From assembly GCA_034780895.1 (NCBI GenBank), contig JAUZTB010000074.1, forward strand, positions 26,479,134-26,543,133: 64,000 bases of DNA. Direction: 5' to 3'. Shown piece by piece: positions 29,051 to 43,452 of the stretch. The notes under the pieces are model-generated. The model saw only the letters and a list, made by a program, of their open reading frames with translations, was not told the origin of the DNA and did not search any database. Each line of letters starts with the position of its first letter. Within the stretch, counting starts at the first letter, position 1. The position numbers and the translations under genes are program-made. This stretch comes from Rhynchobatus australiae. Its lineage: Eukaryota.

Positions 29051-30234
29051 GGACCAGACACGGCATTAGCAGCCTCTGTTCTTTCAGTAATCAGCATCCT
29101 GCTTTACCTTTGGGGACCACATCACAGTCCTAGACTGGCTCTCGCAAGGAGTGCACCACAGAATACTGGGGCATTGCACCACACCTACAGTGCAATTAAA
29201 CCATTGCAAGCAACAGGCAGGTGGAGGCCAAGCATGTCCTAAGCCCCAGAGGCACAACCGTCCCATTTTTATAACTCCCCTTTACCTTGCTGTCCAGAAG
29301 CTGAGGAGGTCCTACTGCTAAACTCCTTTGACTTTGAGGGGCTGGAACAAGAGAGGAAGGTGTATCACAGCGCAGTCACCCTCCTGCATTTGGGTCGACT
29401 CTGTAAGAAAATTAAGCAGCAGGTCAACCGAAGGGGAAGCTGAGAACAAATAGTCGTTGGGCTGTATAATAAGTCAATGGTGTAAACCACAGTCACACCA
29501 ATAAACAGAAGAGAGACCAGTGCAGATAAAATGTTCAAGTTTACCGCAGTTGTCAGGTGAACTCTGAATTGAGCTAAGGTTACTTAAGCTTTAAAACCGT
29601 TGCTTGTTTGCACCTTCATTCCACTTGGGTTCCCAACAAGTTTGTCTGTCATTGTTTTTGGTTGTTTCATCAGCTTGGTCTTAGTTACCCATCTGGCAGC
29701 AGTCAGCCCTGAGCGAACTGGTCTGCTGTACACTAGAGAAGTGCACCCACAGCTGTGTGCTGTTGAAACAATGGGCAGCCTTCAGTGCCGCTGTTTGCAG
29801 GCAGGCTGGCCCACAGCTGGCAACCTCTGCTTGCTTAGAGAGCCATGTTCACACTGGCCTGCCCCTTCTCTAGGTCAGAGTCAGGTCGTCCTGCAAAGAA
29901 ACGTTCTAAATAGGCAAAATGTGAGGTCACTTCAAGCTGATTGATGGGGGGGATGTTTCTAAAGATTAGACGTTGCTTGTAACCCTTTCCTTGAGCAGAA
30001 ATTGACAGAAAGGGGGCAGAGATTAAGGAGTTCCCTTTGTAATGCATTTTTGAAGCGTGATCTCCAATCAAGTGTGTTCCCATGTTATCATTTTGTTGGA
30101 TTGTGCTGTGCGCTGGTAACGTCAGCTGCACTGATGTATCCCTCACACGCAGTGACGGACATTGTTTCTCTCTGGTCCTTCAGAGACCATTGTGTATCAT
30201 GAGCTGACCGGAGTCTTGTTTTGCCTTTTTTCAG

Positions 30235-30341
30235 AGACAAGCCAATGACCTGGTGGGCACTCTGATGAAGTGTACCCCTCACTACATCCGCTGCATCAAA
30301 CCAAACGAGACCAAGAAGCCCAGAGACTGGGAGGAGAGCAG
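30235..30341 (+). CDS. MYO1E: Myosin IE exon 17
   Basis: ttcag|AGA...AGC AG|gtgaga, 107 nt; [35 protein letters not shown](R). Confidence 0.97.
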
Positions 30342-31014
30342 GTGAGAACATCCACAGTGCAGTCAAGTGGCAGACCGAACCATCCTAATCAGAAGCCCCC
30401 TCCCTTAGTCTTGAATATCTTCTCTTCACCTGTTCTGCTTTGACCACTGAATTGTGTTGGGGGGCTCCCTGTCCCAACCCCTTGTCCCAACGTCCACATG
30501 TTAATTCAGGCAATGAGGGTTACGAACCCATGGGATGGGGCTTCACTGTTAATTCTCACCCCCATTTCCACCCAGGCTCTTTCCAACAGGCCTCCAGAAG
30601 GCCAGTAGGCGCATTGTGGCCTTGAGTGTATGGACACCTTGTTGCAAACCCATTCTGGTCTCTGCAGTGACTGGCAGATATAAGAGCAGTGATGGATTGG
30701 ATCTGACACCTTCCTGAAGTGTTGCATGTTACTGAACAAATGTTACTGCCGGCTGCGTTCAGTCAGTGCAGGTGGCAGCGGCGGCTGGGAAAAGGTGCAT
30801 GAATTTTCCCCTGCCAGCAGCAGAGGCTACTGTCATATGGTGGCAGAGTGATTCCCAAAGTCGTCAAGAACACAACTGCCCAGTGCAGACTGTCTTCAAA
30901 CACTCACCGTCTCTGCATGGCCCTGCCCCCGTAACTGCCGGTGGTTTTACAGCTGAACAACCAACCACGGAGTCTGCGGGATGCTGGCCCGGTGGATCGA
31001 CCCAGAATGAAAGC

Positions 31015-31472
31015 GTGGTGGGGGTGGGGCAGTGGGGGTGGGGCAGTGGATGGAGGTGGTNNNNNNNNNNNNNNNNNNNNNNNNNNNNNNNNNNNNNNNN
31101 NNNNNNNNNNNNNNNNNNNNNNNNNNNNNNNNNNNNNNNNNNNNNNNNNNNNNNNNNNNNGGTGGGGCAGGGAGAGTGAGGGGGTGGGGCAGTGGGAGGG
31201 TGGGAGTGGAATGGTGGGAGAGTGGAGGTGTGTGGGTGAGAGTGGGGGTGGAGTGGTAAGAGTGTCGGGGTGGGGCAGTGGGAGGGTAGGAATGGGGTGG
31301 TAGGAGAGTGGAGGTGTGTGGGTGGGGGTGGGGCAGTGGGAGTGGGATTGTGGGAGGGTGGAGGTGTGCGGTGGGAGTGGGGGTCACGCAGTGAGAGGGT
31401 AGGGGTGGGGCAGGGAGAGTGAGGGGGTGGGGCACAGGGAGTAAGATTGCCATTAGGGGAGGGTGGGGGTGA
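31015..31472. repeat. G-rich low-complexity repeat (ggggtggggcagtggg-like)
   Basis: Directly visible, contains a gap. Confidence 0.85.
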
Positions 31473-31816
31473 GGTTTAAGGGCTCTGGCTGCAGTGAAAA
31501 CTATTGCCCACCCAGGATGATTGACTGGACTGCTGTTTAAAGTGGAGCGAATTCTGAATATTACCATTTGTTTTCCACACTGCTACACTCAGCAAGGTCA
31601 TCATTGTCCAGAAATGTGACAACAACCAGTGAACCTACTGCAATAAGCAGCAGGAACAGCAGATAATGTCCTCAGACTCAGTGTACTGCTGGACCATTTT
31701 GGGGCAGCCAAAAGTCAACCACATTGGTGCTGGCTTTGAATTTGCAGACGGGACCTTTGCCCAAGGGGTCCCTGAGAGTGAGATGGTTTTTAGTGAGAAT
31801 CTGGTTACTGCCACAG

Positions 31817-32185
31817 AGGTAAAACTCTGACAATCCAGCATCCAGTTGTTGGATCCAGAATCCTGATGGTCCAGCGTCAGGCCCACTCATTAGTCCGGAA
31901 TGTGAGCTGGGGGTCCAGAGTGTGAGTGGGGTGTATAGCCAGAGGACTGGGGGCTGCATGTGTGGCCAGAGCTGGGATCAGGGGTCTGGAACACCAGAGG
32001 TCAGGAACTGGGTGGGCTCCACAGGGAAGGATTGGACCTGAGGCCATATTTACCCTTTCTTTAAGTCACTAGGTTCACTGATAATACACAACTGTATGAT
32101 GGGTAAAAAGGGGAAATAAAAGTATTAATAGGAAGAACACCCAGTAGTCCAGAAAGTCCGCTGGTCCGGCACCACCGATGTCCCA
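31817..32185. mobile_element. Degraded Tc1/mariner (Tigger/pogo-like) non-autonomous element
   Basis: Terminus gtaaaactctgacaatcc matches gtaaactccgataatc (about 6975) and the reverse complement gattatcggtgttttactg (about 53615-53633). Confidence 0.45.
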
Positions 32186-32429
32186 GCTTTTTTATCCTGT
32201 TTTGAATTTATCAGCTGAAATTAAAATTCCCCTCTGCTCTGGTGAGATATTATTGCATGTCTGGGTCATAAATCCAGGTCCTGGATTGTTCATTCAGTTC
32301 TTTAACCACCTGTTACTGTGCCCCTCCTATAGAAGATGAATGCTTGACATACTTGAAGCTTCAGATAAACTGGTTAAACATTCATAAGAAAGAACTTGAA
32401 ATTTGAAAGGACTGTTCATGTCTTTGAAA

Positions 32430-32760
32430 CATCATAGAACCTGCATGATGTTAAATACCTTCAAAATGTAGTCACTGCTGTAGTGTCATTGGGGAGTTGC
32501 TCTTTGCATAACAGGATTCCACCAAAAAACAATGTTAGATAACCAGTCAGTCCATTTTGTTAACTGTGTGGTTCAAAGGTTAAATGCTGGTCGGGTCAGG
32601 GCACCCCCTTGGCCTTGCACAAATGCTATTCGGTTCCTTAGATGGAACTCTCTGCTGGATGTAGCCAGTAAGACAGTTCCTTCAACAATACAGCAGCCCC
32701 TCCATCTTGTGCTCAAGTTGGTGAAGCAGGGTCTGTGTTGTGATTTTAAAGAGACCAGCG
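32430..32760 (-). mobile_element. Degraded Deu-domain-like SINE
   Basis: tgtagtcactgctgtagtgt...acagttccttcaacaatacagca...gtgctcaagt; related to 42570-42850 and 60850-61110. Confidence 0.5.
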
Positions 32761-34981
32761 CTGTAGATGTGACAAGTCTTTATTCAGTACAAAGCAGACA
32801 GGCAGAAGAGAACTGGTGGAAGAATCTCTATGAACTTAAATTACATAAAGTTTTTATACCTTTTAAGTACAGGGATAGCAGCAGGTGATTAAATGTGTTT
32901 AATAGTTACAATTGTACAGTTCACTTCAATATTTTGGGTGTGGACAAATGGCTCCATAGGATTACATTTTTACAATGGGAGCACATCTTAACTGAGAAGA
33001 CCAATTCAGAATATTCAATCACTTTGTTGAAACAAGATAGTTCATGTCAATATTCTACAAGCTTCTGAGTACAAAACCCAGTCATCCTTCTTATACCAGA
33101 GTATTGTGAGGGGTGGCTCTTTGGACAGACAATCACCTTAAAGTATGACTGACAGAACAAACATGATCATGACCTTCCTTGATCTCATTCTAGAAGTTAC
33201 AATGCAGTCCTATTGACATTGCCCTACTGTCTGTATGTTTGGGCACAGCATATGAGAAAGAATGTCTCATGGTCATGCCAGTTTCCAAAGCATTTCTCTT
33301 ATGTATCCTCCTGCTGTGAACCACAGTCAGTGTTGTATCTTTAAGCAGCTGTCCTTGTAATTTCAAAACCTATTACTCCTTGTGGGTTACATTTGAAAGC
33401 ACTTTGAAGGCTGGTTCTTGTCTGTATTAATACCTACACTTTTATACTCAGACTACGGCTGCTGTTCCCCAGCAGCCTGAAAACCTGATTTTACAAGTGC
33501 TGACATCTGCTGATGTTCCATTGCACAATTTTGGATCTTGTTCAGGAGGTTCAGTATTAGAATTGGGAGTTTTTTAAATAAAAGGAGTACTGTTAAAACC
33601 TNNNNNNNNNNNNNNNNNNNNNNNNNNNNNNNNNNNNNNNNNNNNNNNNNNNNNNNNNNNNNNNNNNNNNNNNNNNNNNNNNNNNNNNNNNNNNNNNNNN
33701 NGGATCATTAAATCTAAATGTTACAAACATTTTTTTTTAAACCTCACTGTGCTTTAAGACCAACATGATTAAGTATTTTTCCAAGTTTCACATTGTTATC
33801 TGCTTTTGACCTCCTGGAGATCTGACCTTCACGACCTTTCTGAGCTGTCATTTGTCTGATTTGACAGGCGATTGTATCAAATGCCAAGAACACCATATGC
33901 GTGGAACTTTCAATGGGCTTAATTTTCAACAGCACTGTCAATAAACAATAACTACAACAAAATCTATGGTTGTTCCACAAAAAGAAAACAAAAAAACTTT
34001 TAATATTTTTAATATTACAAATCTTCTGATTTAATAACTGTGACTTCTATGTAAAAAATGCTACAAAATGTTTTTTAAATTCATTATTATTTTCATTCCC
34101 AGTTATAAATACAGCAAGAGCTTATATTAAGGATTTTTCACAATATTTCCTTTGTGACTACATCATATATAAATAATCTTACATTTAATATTAAAACAGA
34201 CTTATGAAAATCCTAACAATCACACAGCATCTACTCTTAGTAAAACTGTAGCAAACAAGGCAGCTATTTTTTGTCATATCATAGCTCTGACCAGTAAAAT
34301 GTTTTTGTTGTTCCAATACATTGAGCTAAGCAACATGAACATATAGTGTGAAAGTTGTCAATGAATTGGAAAACTAATCACTAGCCAGAATAGATCGCAT
34401 AAGTGCAGCATATAAAGTAATATCCTCACCACATTTTAAGAAAGCTTTCACCCAGATTGGTTTCTGAATCCACATGACAACATTATAAATTTAATAGTAT
34501 TGCATGCATGCAACATTATGACAAAATTACATTCAACTTTTCCAATCTCCTTAATTCTCTGAACAATAATGACCTTCCTTCAGGTTTTGTTACAGTGAGC
34601 ATATTTCCTAAAAAGACATTTAATAATAGGAGCTTCTGACAACCAGTTCATGCGCAACAAGCTAAGATTTCATCCTCGAAGAGTGAATAAATTTTCTTTT
34701 TATTTTTATTTGACAAGGATGAATGATTCAATGGTGACATTTTAAAAGGAACTGATCATGGTATTTTATTGCATTCCACTAATTAAATAATTAGCACTTA
34801 AAGCACAACATAGTATAATGTTGCAAGTAGGATCAGCTAAAGGAATGCTGCAGATAACCAATGAGAAATTTAGAAACAAATTTGAAAGCAATACAAGAGA
34901 TAGTGAAGTCAGTGGGGTTTTTGGATAGCTAGATGGACAGATAAATCACTTATGAAAAGTCAGTCTGGGACATATAGATAG

Positions 34982-35146
<165 letters not shown>

Positions 35147-37986
35147 TGAGACCTCGTATGAGAGAATTAATTTCACTTTCAGTTCCTTACCTTCCAGCAT
35201 TGTTTTAGACCCCTTTTCCTTTCTCACTAGTTCACCAGCTCCTCTTGCACAGATAAAGTCTAGTTACAATAAGTAAGTTTGTTTTTGCCAAGATTCGTAT
35301 TCTTGCTGCTGACTGTGGCAGAAACAGAGGAATTTTTGGTGATATCCTTGTTCAGGTTGTCCACTTTCATGTGAAATATGTGTTTGATACATATTTCACC
35401 TTCCCGGGAAAGATACCACTAGTTTGAGTTGGACCCAAAGTGTTCAACGTGTACATGTTCTTCTGGTGTTCTACAATTGGGTCATTATGCTTCCAGTAAA
35501 CTTCTTTAAATGAAAATCTGAATTTGGATCTGATTATTTTGATGTGAAAATGATGGGCGAGGCTCCTTGAAAGTTACTTCAATCCAATGCTCTTTCCTCC
35601 AACCCACTTATTTTTTCTTAAAATAGCTGTCAGCTTTGCAAGTAGACCCAGTCTCGATTAACAATGGGACAAAACCTGGCATCACTGATAACACAGCACT
35701 CATTTAATACTGCACTTAAGATCAGGATACTCTCTATATTTTAATTCATTCCAATAACACTGTGCACAACCAGTATTTGCATGCTAATAGTGAAGTCTCC
35801 TCTCATGGATTTATGTTTCCAACTGTGTGTGCACCATGGGTGTGACCATGTCTATTTCTATTAATCCCCGGAGAAATTGTATTTTGTGAAATTAAAGCTG
35901 TGTGTTTCTATTAAACCAAGTCACCAACATCATTTTTCATGCTGTGTTAGAACCCTAGGTCCTTGACTTCAGTTGAGATTGACTTCCTTTTGATTTTATG
36001 AATTAGCTAATCATGTTAAAGCACTGAGCATATATACGTAGTGTTGTACTTTGCAGGTTAATGGGATAATTATTAATTGCTCTGAAAGCAATAATTTCAG
36101 CCTTCTGCTTTTTCACAGAGAGTTTTCATTTTGCGCTCATTGTTTGTCAAAACTATAATTGGGATGGCAGTCAGTCATCAAAAGTTGCATTTATTAATGC
36201 ATTTTGCTTTTCCTAATCACATCTTTGAAATGTAATCGGTTGCCTTAAGACTTAAGCAAAGACTGTGTACGTACTTGTTCATAAAGGCTGCACATCAAGG
36301 GAAGTATTACCTAGGCATATAGTTTTTGTATTTCTTGCAATATCCCTCAAAATATCATTCTGGTATCAAAGGCAGCTGAAGAGAAGACTTTTGCCATTAA
36401 TTTTGCCTTTTTTTTGTTCTTGTGGTTTTATTCAACAGGCTGATGATATTGAGGGGATAATGTCATCTCTAAAAATACTCTTTCTAATTCTAATGGACTG
36501 TTTGAACTGCAGAAGATAATAAAACTGAAGCATTATAAACTGCATTTTTTAATCAAGTTTAAGCCTTATCCAGTGTACTTCTGAACGATCTTGTTCTTCA
36601 GAAAATTTAATTAGTTGTTTTAACTGCTAATTTATTTGGCCTGCTAAGTCTTTAGAACCAGGCTTCTACATGTGTGAGTGTAGCACAATTCTTCGTTTTG
36701 TTTGAATATCACAACAAGAATAAAATGCATAATTTATCCCTCCAACTTTCCTTGGCTACAATATTTAAACGAATGTTTAGTTTTATTCGATTATAACTAG
36801 GCTGTACAAATAGTGGATTCTGAAAGAGCAAGAAAGGTAAAGATGCAAACTAATGAAACTGTTGTTAACCGGGAGAGTGGTGTGAAAGCCGTGCCTTACA
36901 CATGTGATTGTCGCCGCAAAATCAACCTGTAAGGTTCCCAGTAAATCCACACTATGAATGGAATATTTGATTTCTCAAACTTTCTTTGGAAAAACTGATG
37001 ACTTGAATATTTTGCTTAATTCATGGCTATTAATGTACAGGTTTCGTTCTTGTGGTTTTATATACTGGAATGATTCTAATGATGAAACCAAAATGATAAT
37101 GATGTGGATGGAAATTCTTTATGGTAATGCATTCACCCCGTGACCAAAATAGTAATCACTTGAATGTGGGATAAATCTAAAGCACAGGCAATATCTATAC
37201 AGTTTCATTCTGAGAAGCTGTTGAGCACAGAGTAACTATGTTGTTGAGCTTCTGGAAGTATGGTGTAAACGCTGGTTGTGGAGAAGAGCCAGCCTGTGAA
37301 ATGAGGGCTGTGTGTGTTGTTTTTGGAAAGGCAGGAGGTTTTGAGCTGATGCTTGGCTATGTCCCAAAGGGCTGGTGAGGTTGAAGAATGAAGGGACTGA
37401 GGAGAAATGAGGAGGTTAATACAATGAGCCTCAGCAGAAGGGAGAATGGAAGGAAAGGGTGTTGGGAGAGTGCTTGTGGAGCTGTGGGTGTAAAAACCTG
37501 TTTGACTAATTCAGACAATTTACGATTGGAATCTTGACAGGCACCTATAGCTGGGATATTATTAAAGTGAGGTTTTCTTTGGCTCTAGGGTTCCTGCATG
37601 AGTTACTTAAATTGCACAAAATTACTGCTGTCATTTTACTTAGAACGTAATGATTTAGTGCTAAAATTAAATGAAAATTGGTCCAGTGAAGTTGTTGTAA
37701 CTTCGCCACGTGTGTGGGCCCTGGAGGGTTAATGACGTTTTTTATTCATCAGCTCTGCAAGGATCAATCGAGTTCTTTGTAAATACAAAAAAGTTCCCAT
37801 GTTGACCACAAAAGAAAAGTTTATAGACTTTTCATACTATTTATCCATATATCGCTCATGTTTAAAAATCTCTAACTGCTTATTTTAGCTTGAATGCAAA
37901 CTGTTAGGGAAAGTGAAACTATAGTTGGGAAGCTGTATAAAGGCATTCTCTGAGAACAACGTTGCTAATGCGCCTTATCACTGCAG

Positions 37987-38131
37987 GTATGCCATCCTGA
38001 CTAAAGAGACGTGGCCTTCCTGGAGGGGAGATGAGAAGCAAGGAGTGGTCTTTCTCCTCCGATCTGTCAACATGGATCCAGATCAATACCAGATGGGGAA
38101 AAGCAAAGTCTTCATTAAAGCTCCCGAGTCT
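37987..38131 (+). CDS. MYO1E: Myosin IE exon 19 (converter)
   Basis: tgcag|G TAT...TCT|gtacgt, 145 nt; [48 protein letters not shown]. Confidence 0.97.
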
Positions 38132-41100
38132 GTACGTGAGCTCATTTTACTTTACCTGTTCCCTCCCCATTGTCACTGCTCAGTGATATGATTGCAATGC
38201 AGAAGGAATTCACTTGAAAGGTTTGCTCCACCCATGTCATAATTGTGGGTTTTGTGGGTTGGAAGTCAAAAAGCCTTTCAAAATTGTTTTTCTCCCCTTG
38301 CCAAGCAAGTGCATTCTCCTAAGAATTGTTCTGTCTCACTGAGCGTGAAGTCTCTTTGATGTTGCAAATTCACTGGCTGTCCTTTCTCTTTCATTGTGGT
38401 AGCTGGTAAACCGGATTATTCCCTCCTCATCACCTGTTCACCTTTAAATGAAATAAATTGTCATGTCAAAACATGGGAACAGAATGAGATCAGGACTTTA
38501 TGGGCAACTCTCTGAAAGGAAAACATCAAATCGGCAGATGTTTATTCACAGAAACTCTTTGAAAAGCTGCTTTCATTTTCCTGTAGTGAGGAAGGATAGA
38601 GTTCCGGCTTGATGGACTGACCATCTGGTTTGTCCAGAATGTGGGTGGACTTTATCCTTCAGAGTAACTGAGATGGCCGAACTGGGATTCTGCAGCTGCC
38701 AACTTTGTCTAAGTTTTTCTTGGCTCTGGTCTCTGAACCAAGATTGTTGAAATGGCCAAAGGCAAAACATCTCACTGCTACGAGGAAGCTGCCTCAGTTT
38801 CACTGTGATTCTGTGTGCACTGCGTCCTCTCGTGTGTCCTGGGAACCCCCCTGTTGTGTTGGTGGTACCACAGGTCTCAAACTCCAGATCCTCAATGTCC
38901 TGATAGGTGAGTTTGAAAGGTTGGGTGTGTAGTTAATCTCAGATGGTTGTTGTCAGGAAGTTCTCCATGTATTGAAATAAAATAGAAGATGGTGGAAATG
39001 CTCAGGAGGTCAAGTAGCACCTGTGGAAACAGGAACAGTTATTGCACCAGATTGCACTGCTGGCCAATGTATAGTCTGCTGGTCAGCACGTTCCACTCCT
39101 TGCCCCAATGCACTGCAGCACAAAATGCACTGGAGCTGCATTAGCTTTTGGCAGCAGTGCCTGAGGCATCCAGTGTTGCTCCATTCCATTGGTCCTGATG
39201 AAAAATTAATTGGATATAAGTCTTTGTTTTAATTAATATTAATGATTTAAGTTAATTGATATAAATGAATGCCCTTAAATTAATTTATTATTTTAAATAA
39301 TTATTAAATTACTAACATATATTTCATCAAATTTTATCCCTGCCTGATCTAAAGAGATATTTAAAAATAGTGGAAAGGCCTTTGACAGCATACGCTGTCA
39401 GGAGGTCATCAGGGCGGAGTTCCCTGGGAACAGGGAGCCTCTCCCAGACCACTCCCCTCTGCAGACAGCCCTGGAAACACGGCCTCCAAGATATGGGGAG
39501 CCAGGCAGCTCTGCAAGTCCGACCATGGGGATCCCATCATGGGCCACATCAACCACATCTGACCCAGTGTTTCAGGTGAATGATAGTCATCCGGACTTAC
39601 TGGCCCTTGGCCCCATTCTGTTATGGATCTGAAACACTAATTCCTTTTCTCTCTCCAGATGCTGAGTATTTCCAGAATTTTCTGTGTTGTTTTCAGATTT
39701 GCAGCATCTGTCGTATTCTGCTTTTGGCTCAGTATACTGGATGTGGGCATTATTTTTTACAAGGTAGCTCAATCATTTTTGGAGGGACTTCTTGTTCCAT
39801 TGTACCAATCTCCACTTTAAAAACCTCTGCTGAAAATGTACCTGATGAAGGACTTCACACCAGGATTAATTTACTCCATCTGGACAAACTAGATACTTGC
39901 AGAAAGCCAAAGTAACCTTGCAAACCTCCAGAATATTTGATACATCCTCATATCCTGTTACTCAAGTCTTGGTCAAATGAAAACCAACCTTCCTGCAGTA
40001 GGATTTACCTGCCTGACGGCATCATTTCCCACATACATAGACTGACTGTTGTTGGGGGAAATTACAAATTAATGCTTTTGCCAAAGTTCAGCTTTGCTCA
40101 TTAGTACCTGATACATTGAAGCATGTGGTTTAGGCTCAAACCTTTAGGGTTATCAGACTTTGATCCACAAGTTTTTCCACACTACTTTAACTGTCTATCC
40201 TTAGTGATGTGTAAGATAGTTGGTAGTGATGTGTAAGATAGTTGGTGTGTGAGTTATCCCATTCCTGGTTACTGTCCCAAGCACTTTCACTGAAATTGGC
40301 TCCCACATTTTCAGAGTTGAAAGTTAGCTGGTAGGTACCAGTATAACATATCCGTAAGAAAAAGGACAAAGTAGACAGAACAACTGGGTTAAGTTGATAA
40401 TGTTAATGATGTAATTGTACCAGTAAGAAACTTAAGTTACTTTCACTCCTACAATTTCTGCTGGGAAGAAAAACTTCTCTGGTCTAATATTGCTTGTGAC
40501 TTGTGAACTTTCAACCTGCTGGTCTATGTTTCTAGGGCAGCTTATTTACAGTTACTTGAATGTCATTGCTTCACTCCATCATTAGTCACAGGGGATGTCT
40601 TGCAATTTCCTTTTTATTTCAAAGGAGTGCTAAAAATCAGACAGTATGTTTAGTCTCTTCAAAACAAGACTGAAACTGGTTGCAAGTTGACAAGAGGAAA
40701 TGACGAGCTGCTGAGAAATGCCAGCAGGGTCTGTTTATACACCAGCACTGAAAGCTCAAGGCAAACTTTGTGGCAAAGTGAGGCAGGGCAATGGATCAAG
40801 ACTGTCTGGGCTGATTACTGTAAAACAGTCTTCTTGGCATGTAATCCAACACTAAAATCCACGTTGCCAACTCTCAGGAGATTCCCCTTCCACATCCTGC
40901 TGCTTTTCCATAAAATAGAAGCCTTGTTTGAAACTGTTAATCTACCTTTGCACATCAAAGACCAAATCAGAGTATTATCTATTTGCCTGCTTTTGTTTTG
41001 AGCTTTGGGTTTTAAAAGCAGTCCCCTCACCTCCAGTGTTACTGCCTGTGACAGTGTGAGACTGAGTCAGATAATTTTAGAAGATGCCAGTACTGAATTC

Positions 41101-41220
41101 ATCTGTGCTGATCTGACCTAGGGTGATAGAAGGTGGCAAGTACTTCAGCTGCCCGAGTTCAAGGAGGGGAAAATATCTTCCAATGATCATACCATTCCTG
41201 ATTGTTGGCATGGATGAATG

Positions 41221-41518
41221 GGGCGGCACGGTAATGTAGCAGTTAGCATAACTCTATTACAGCGCCAGCGAACCAGGTTCAATTCCTGCCGCTGTCTATA
41301 AAGAGTTTGTACATTCTCCCCGTGTCTGCGTGGGTTTCCTCTGGATGCTCCGGTTTCCTCCCACGTTCCAAAGACGTACAGGTTAGGAAGTTGTGGACGT
41401 GTTATGTTGGCACCAGAAGCGTGGCGACACTTGCGGGCTGCCCCCAGCACATTCTTAGCAATGCAAAGAGACGTGTTTCACTGCGTGTTTCAATCTACAT
41501 GTGACTAATAAATATCTT
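41221..41518 (+). mobile_element. tRNA-derived V-domain SINE, well preserved
   Basis: A/B-box head (ggttcaattcc), V core ttctccccgtgtctgcgtgggtttcctc...ccggtttcctcccac, tail gactaataaa. Confidence 0.85.
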
Positions 41519-42106
41519 AGATGAGGAAGACATCAACTCAGCTACTTTCCAGTCTTTCCAGTACTCTCCCACAGTCAGAAGCAAGCATGGACACCTGCAG
41601 ACAAACGTTACACATAGAAAATGATTATTCAGACAGGATAGCGGAGGATAATCGGCATCCATAAATCAGTGCCTTCAAGAGAGTAGGGAGAAGTGTTTTA
41701 ACACATTTATGAGGACGTGCACTTAAGTGGTTGGTCAGATTCAACATCCTTTGATATTAATGAGCAGGTTGAACAGACCATCCCTTTTGCCAACAGGGAT
41801 GCAGCCAGAAGCCCAATGTGCACAGGTATCCATAAGCAAGTTCTTCTTCTGCAAACTTCCCAACAACTGTCATTGTAAATACTCGGACCTTGAAGTAAGG
41901 AAGGGTACCACCTTGCCCCAGGTCACAGTTCCGGGGCACATTCAGAGCCCGAGAGAGGTGGTTAGACCGAGAATGACCTGGGGAGAAGGGTCTGGGACAA
42001 CATCATCCCTTCCAGCCGTCCCTCACCCGACCTCAGTCTGGGTGGATAACTTGAAGCAATTAATTTGAGTAGATCTCTCAGTCTTAATCTTCTTCCTCTT
42101 CCACAG

Positions 42107-42221
42107 CTGTTTCTACTTGAGGAGATGCGGGAAAGGAAATATGATGCATACGCCCGGGCAATTCAGAAGGCATGGAGGAAGTACGCTGCAAGAAAGAAAT
42201 ATGTGCAAATGAGAGAGGAAG
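42107..42221 (+). CDS. MYO1E: Myosin IE exon 20 (IQ motif)
   Basis: cacag|CTG...GAA G|gtagag, 115 nt; [38 protein letters not shown]. Confidence 0.97.
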
Positions 42222-43236
42222 GTAGAGCAGACCTACTCCGTGTCTCTGGGGTAGTCCCAGTAACTCTTCTACTTTGCTGGTGTAAACTGTGAATAATCAA
42301 ATGCTGTGGACCAGGATGGTCCCAGCTCTGTTCTCACCATGTCCTGTTTACACGCAAACAGAACATTCTGTGCAACTGACCTCCCTTCCTTATAGAACCC
42401 TGTCAGAGACTTTCAATTGCTTCCCCTCTCCCCCCCAGCTCCCCCTTAAATCCATTTCTGCTTTTCACCCCAACCACTCTCTGACTAAAGAGGTTTCTCC
42501 TGAATTCCCCACTGGATTTATTACCGTCTGTCGTAAAGAAAGGCTTACGCAGTCATGTCCCACAGCACTTTGGAGAAAATGAAGTACCTTTTGAAGTGTA
42601 GTCACTCTCGTAACGTAGGAAAGATGACAGTCAATTTGCAAATCACACACTGCACAAACTACAATGTAATCACATCCAGATAATCTATTCTTAGTGGGGT
42701 TGCTTAAGTAATAAATTTTGGATTGTTCATAACTCCCTGGTTCTTCCGTGAAATAACGTCATGGGATCCTTTATGTCAACCCAGAAGAGTAAATGTAGCT
42801 TTAGTTTAACATCTCTTCTGAAAGTGCTACACTCCTTGCATTGGTCAGTCAGACCACATGTTTGTGTTCCAACCTCTAAAGTGCATATTGAACCTTACTT
42901 TTATATTCTCTGGTTCTGGGTCTCCTGCAAGTGGAAGCATCTTCTCTGTCACTAGACTGTCAACCAGGTTCCCAGTTCCTACCGCAATCTCCCAGTCAAG
43001 ATGTTCATCTTGCTCCATCAGGCCTACTTGTGCCTGGTTGGATCATCCGTTAACATTTGCTGACAGGGCTCACACTGGATGGCCATGTTAGAACAGACCT
43101 CCCTGTGAGAAGAATGCAGAAAACCAGAACTTGCATACTGTTACAGTTATTGTTTACTCACGACTCTCAATTGCAATCTTAACATTTTTTAGCATATTTC
43201 AGCACATTAGAAGGACTAATCTGATCTTAAATCTGA

Positions 43237-43452
<216 letters not shown>

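Noticed and set aside
36405-36460. Strong-looking acceptor in intron 18 (ttttattcaacag|G)
   Set aside because: In the MYO1E phase it reaches TAA after 7 codons, and I see no convincing donor.
40203-40246. 22-bp tandem duplication tagtgatgtgtaagatagttgg
   Set aside because: Simple two-copy slippage; no C/D-box snoRNA architecture evident.
41221-41290. tRNA gene
   Set aside because: A/B-box-like head continues into a SINE body; no complete cloverleaf.
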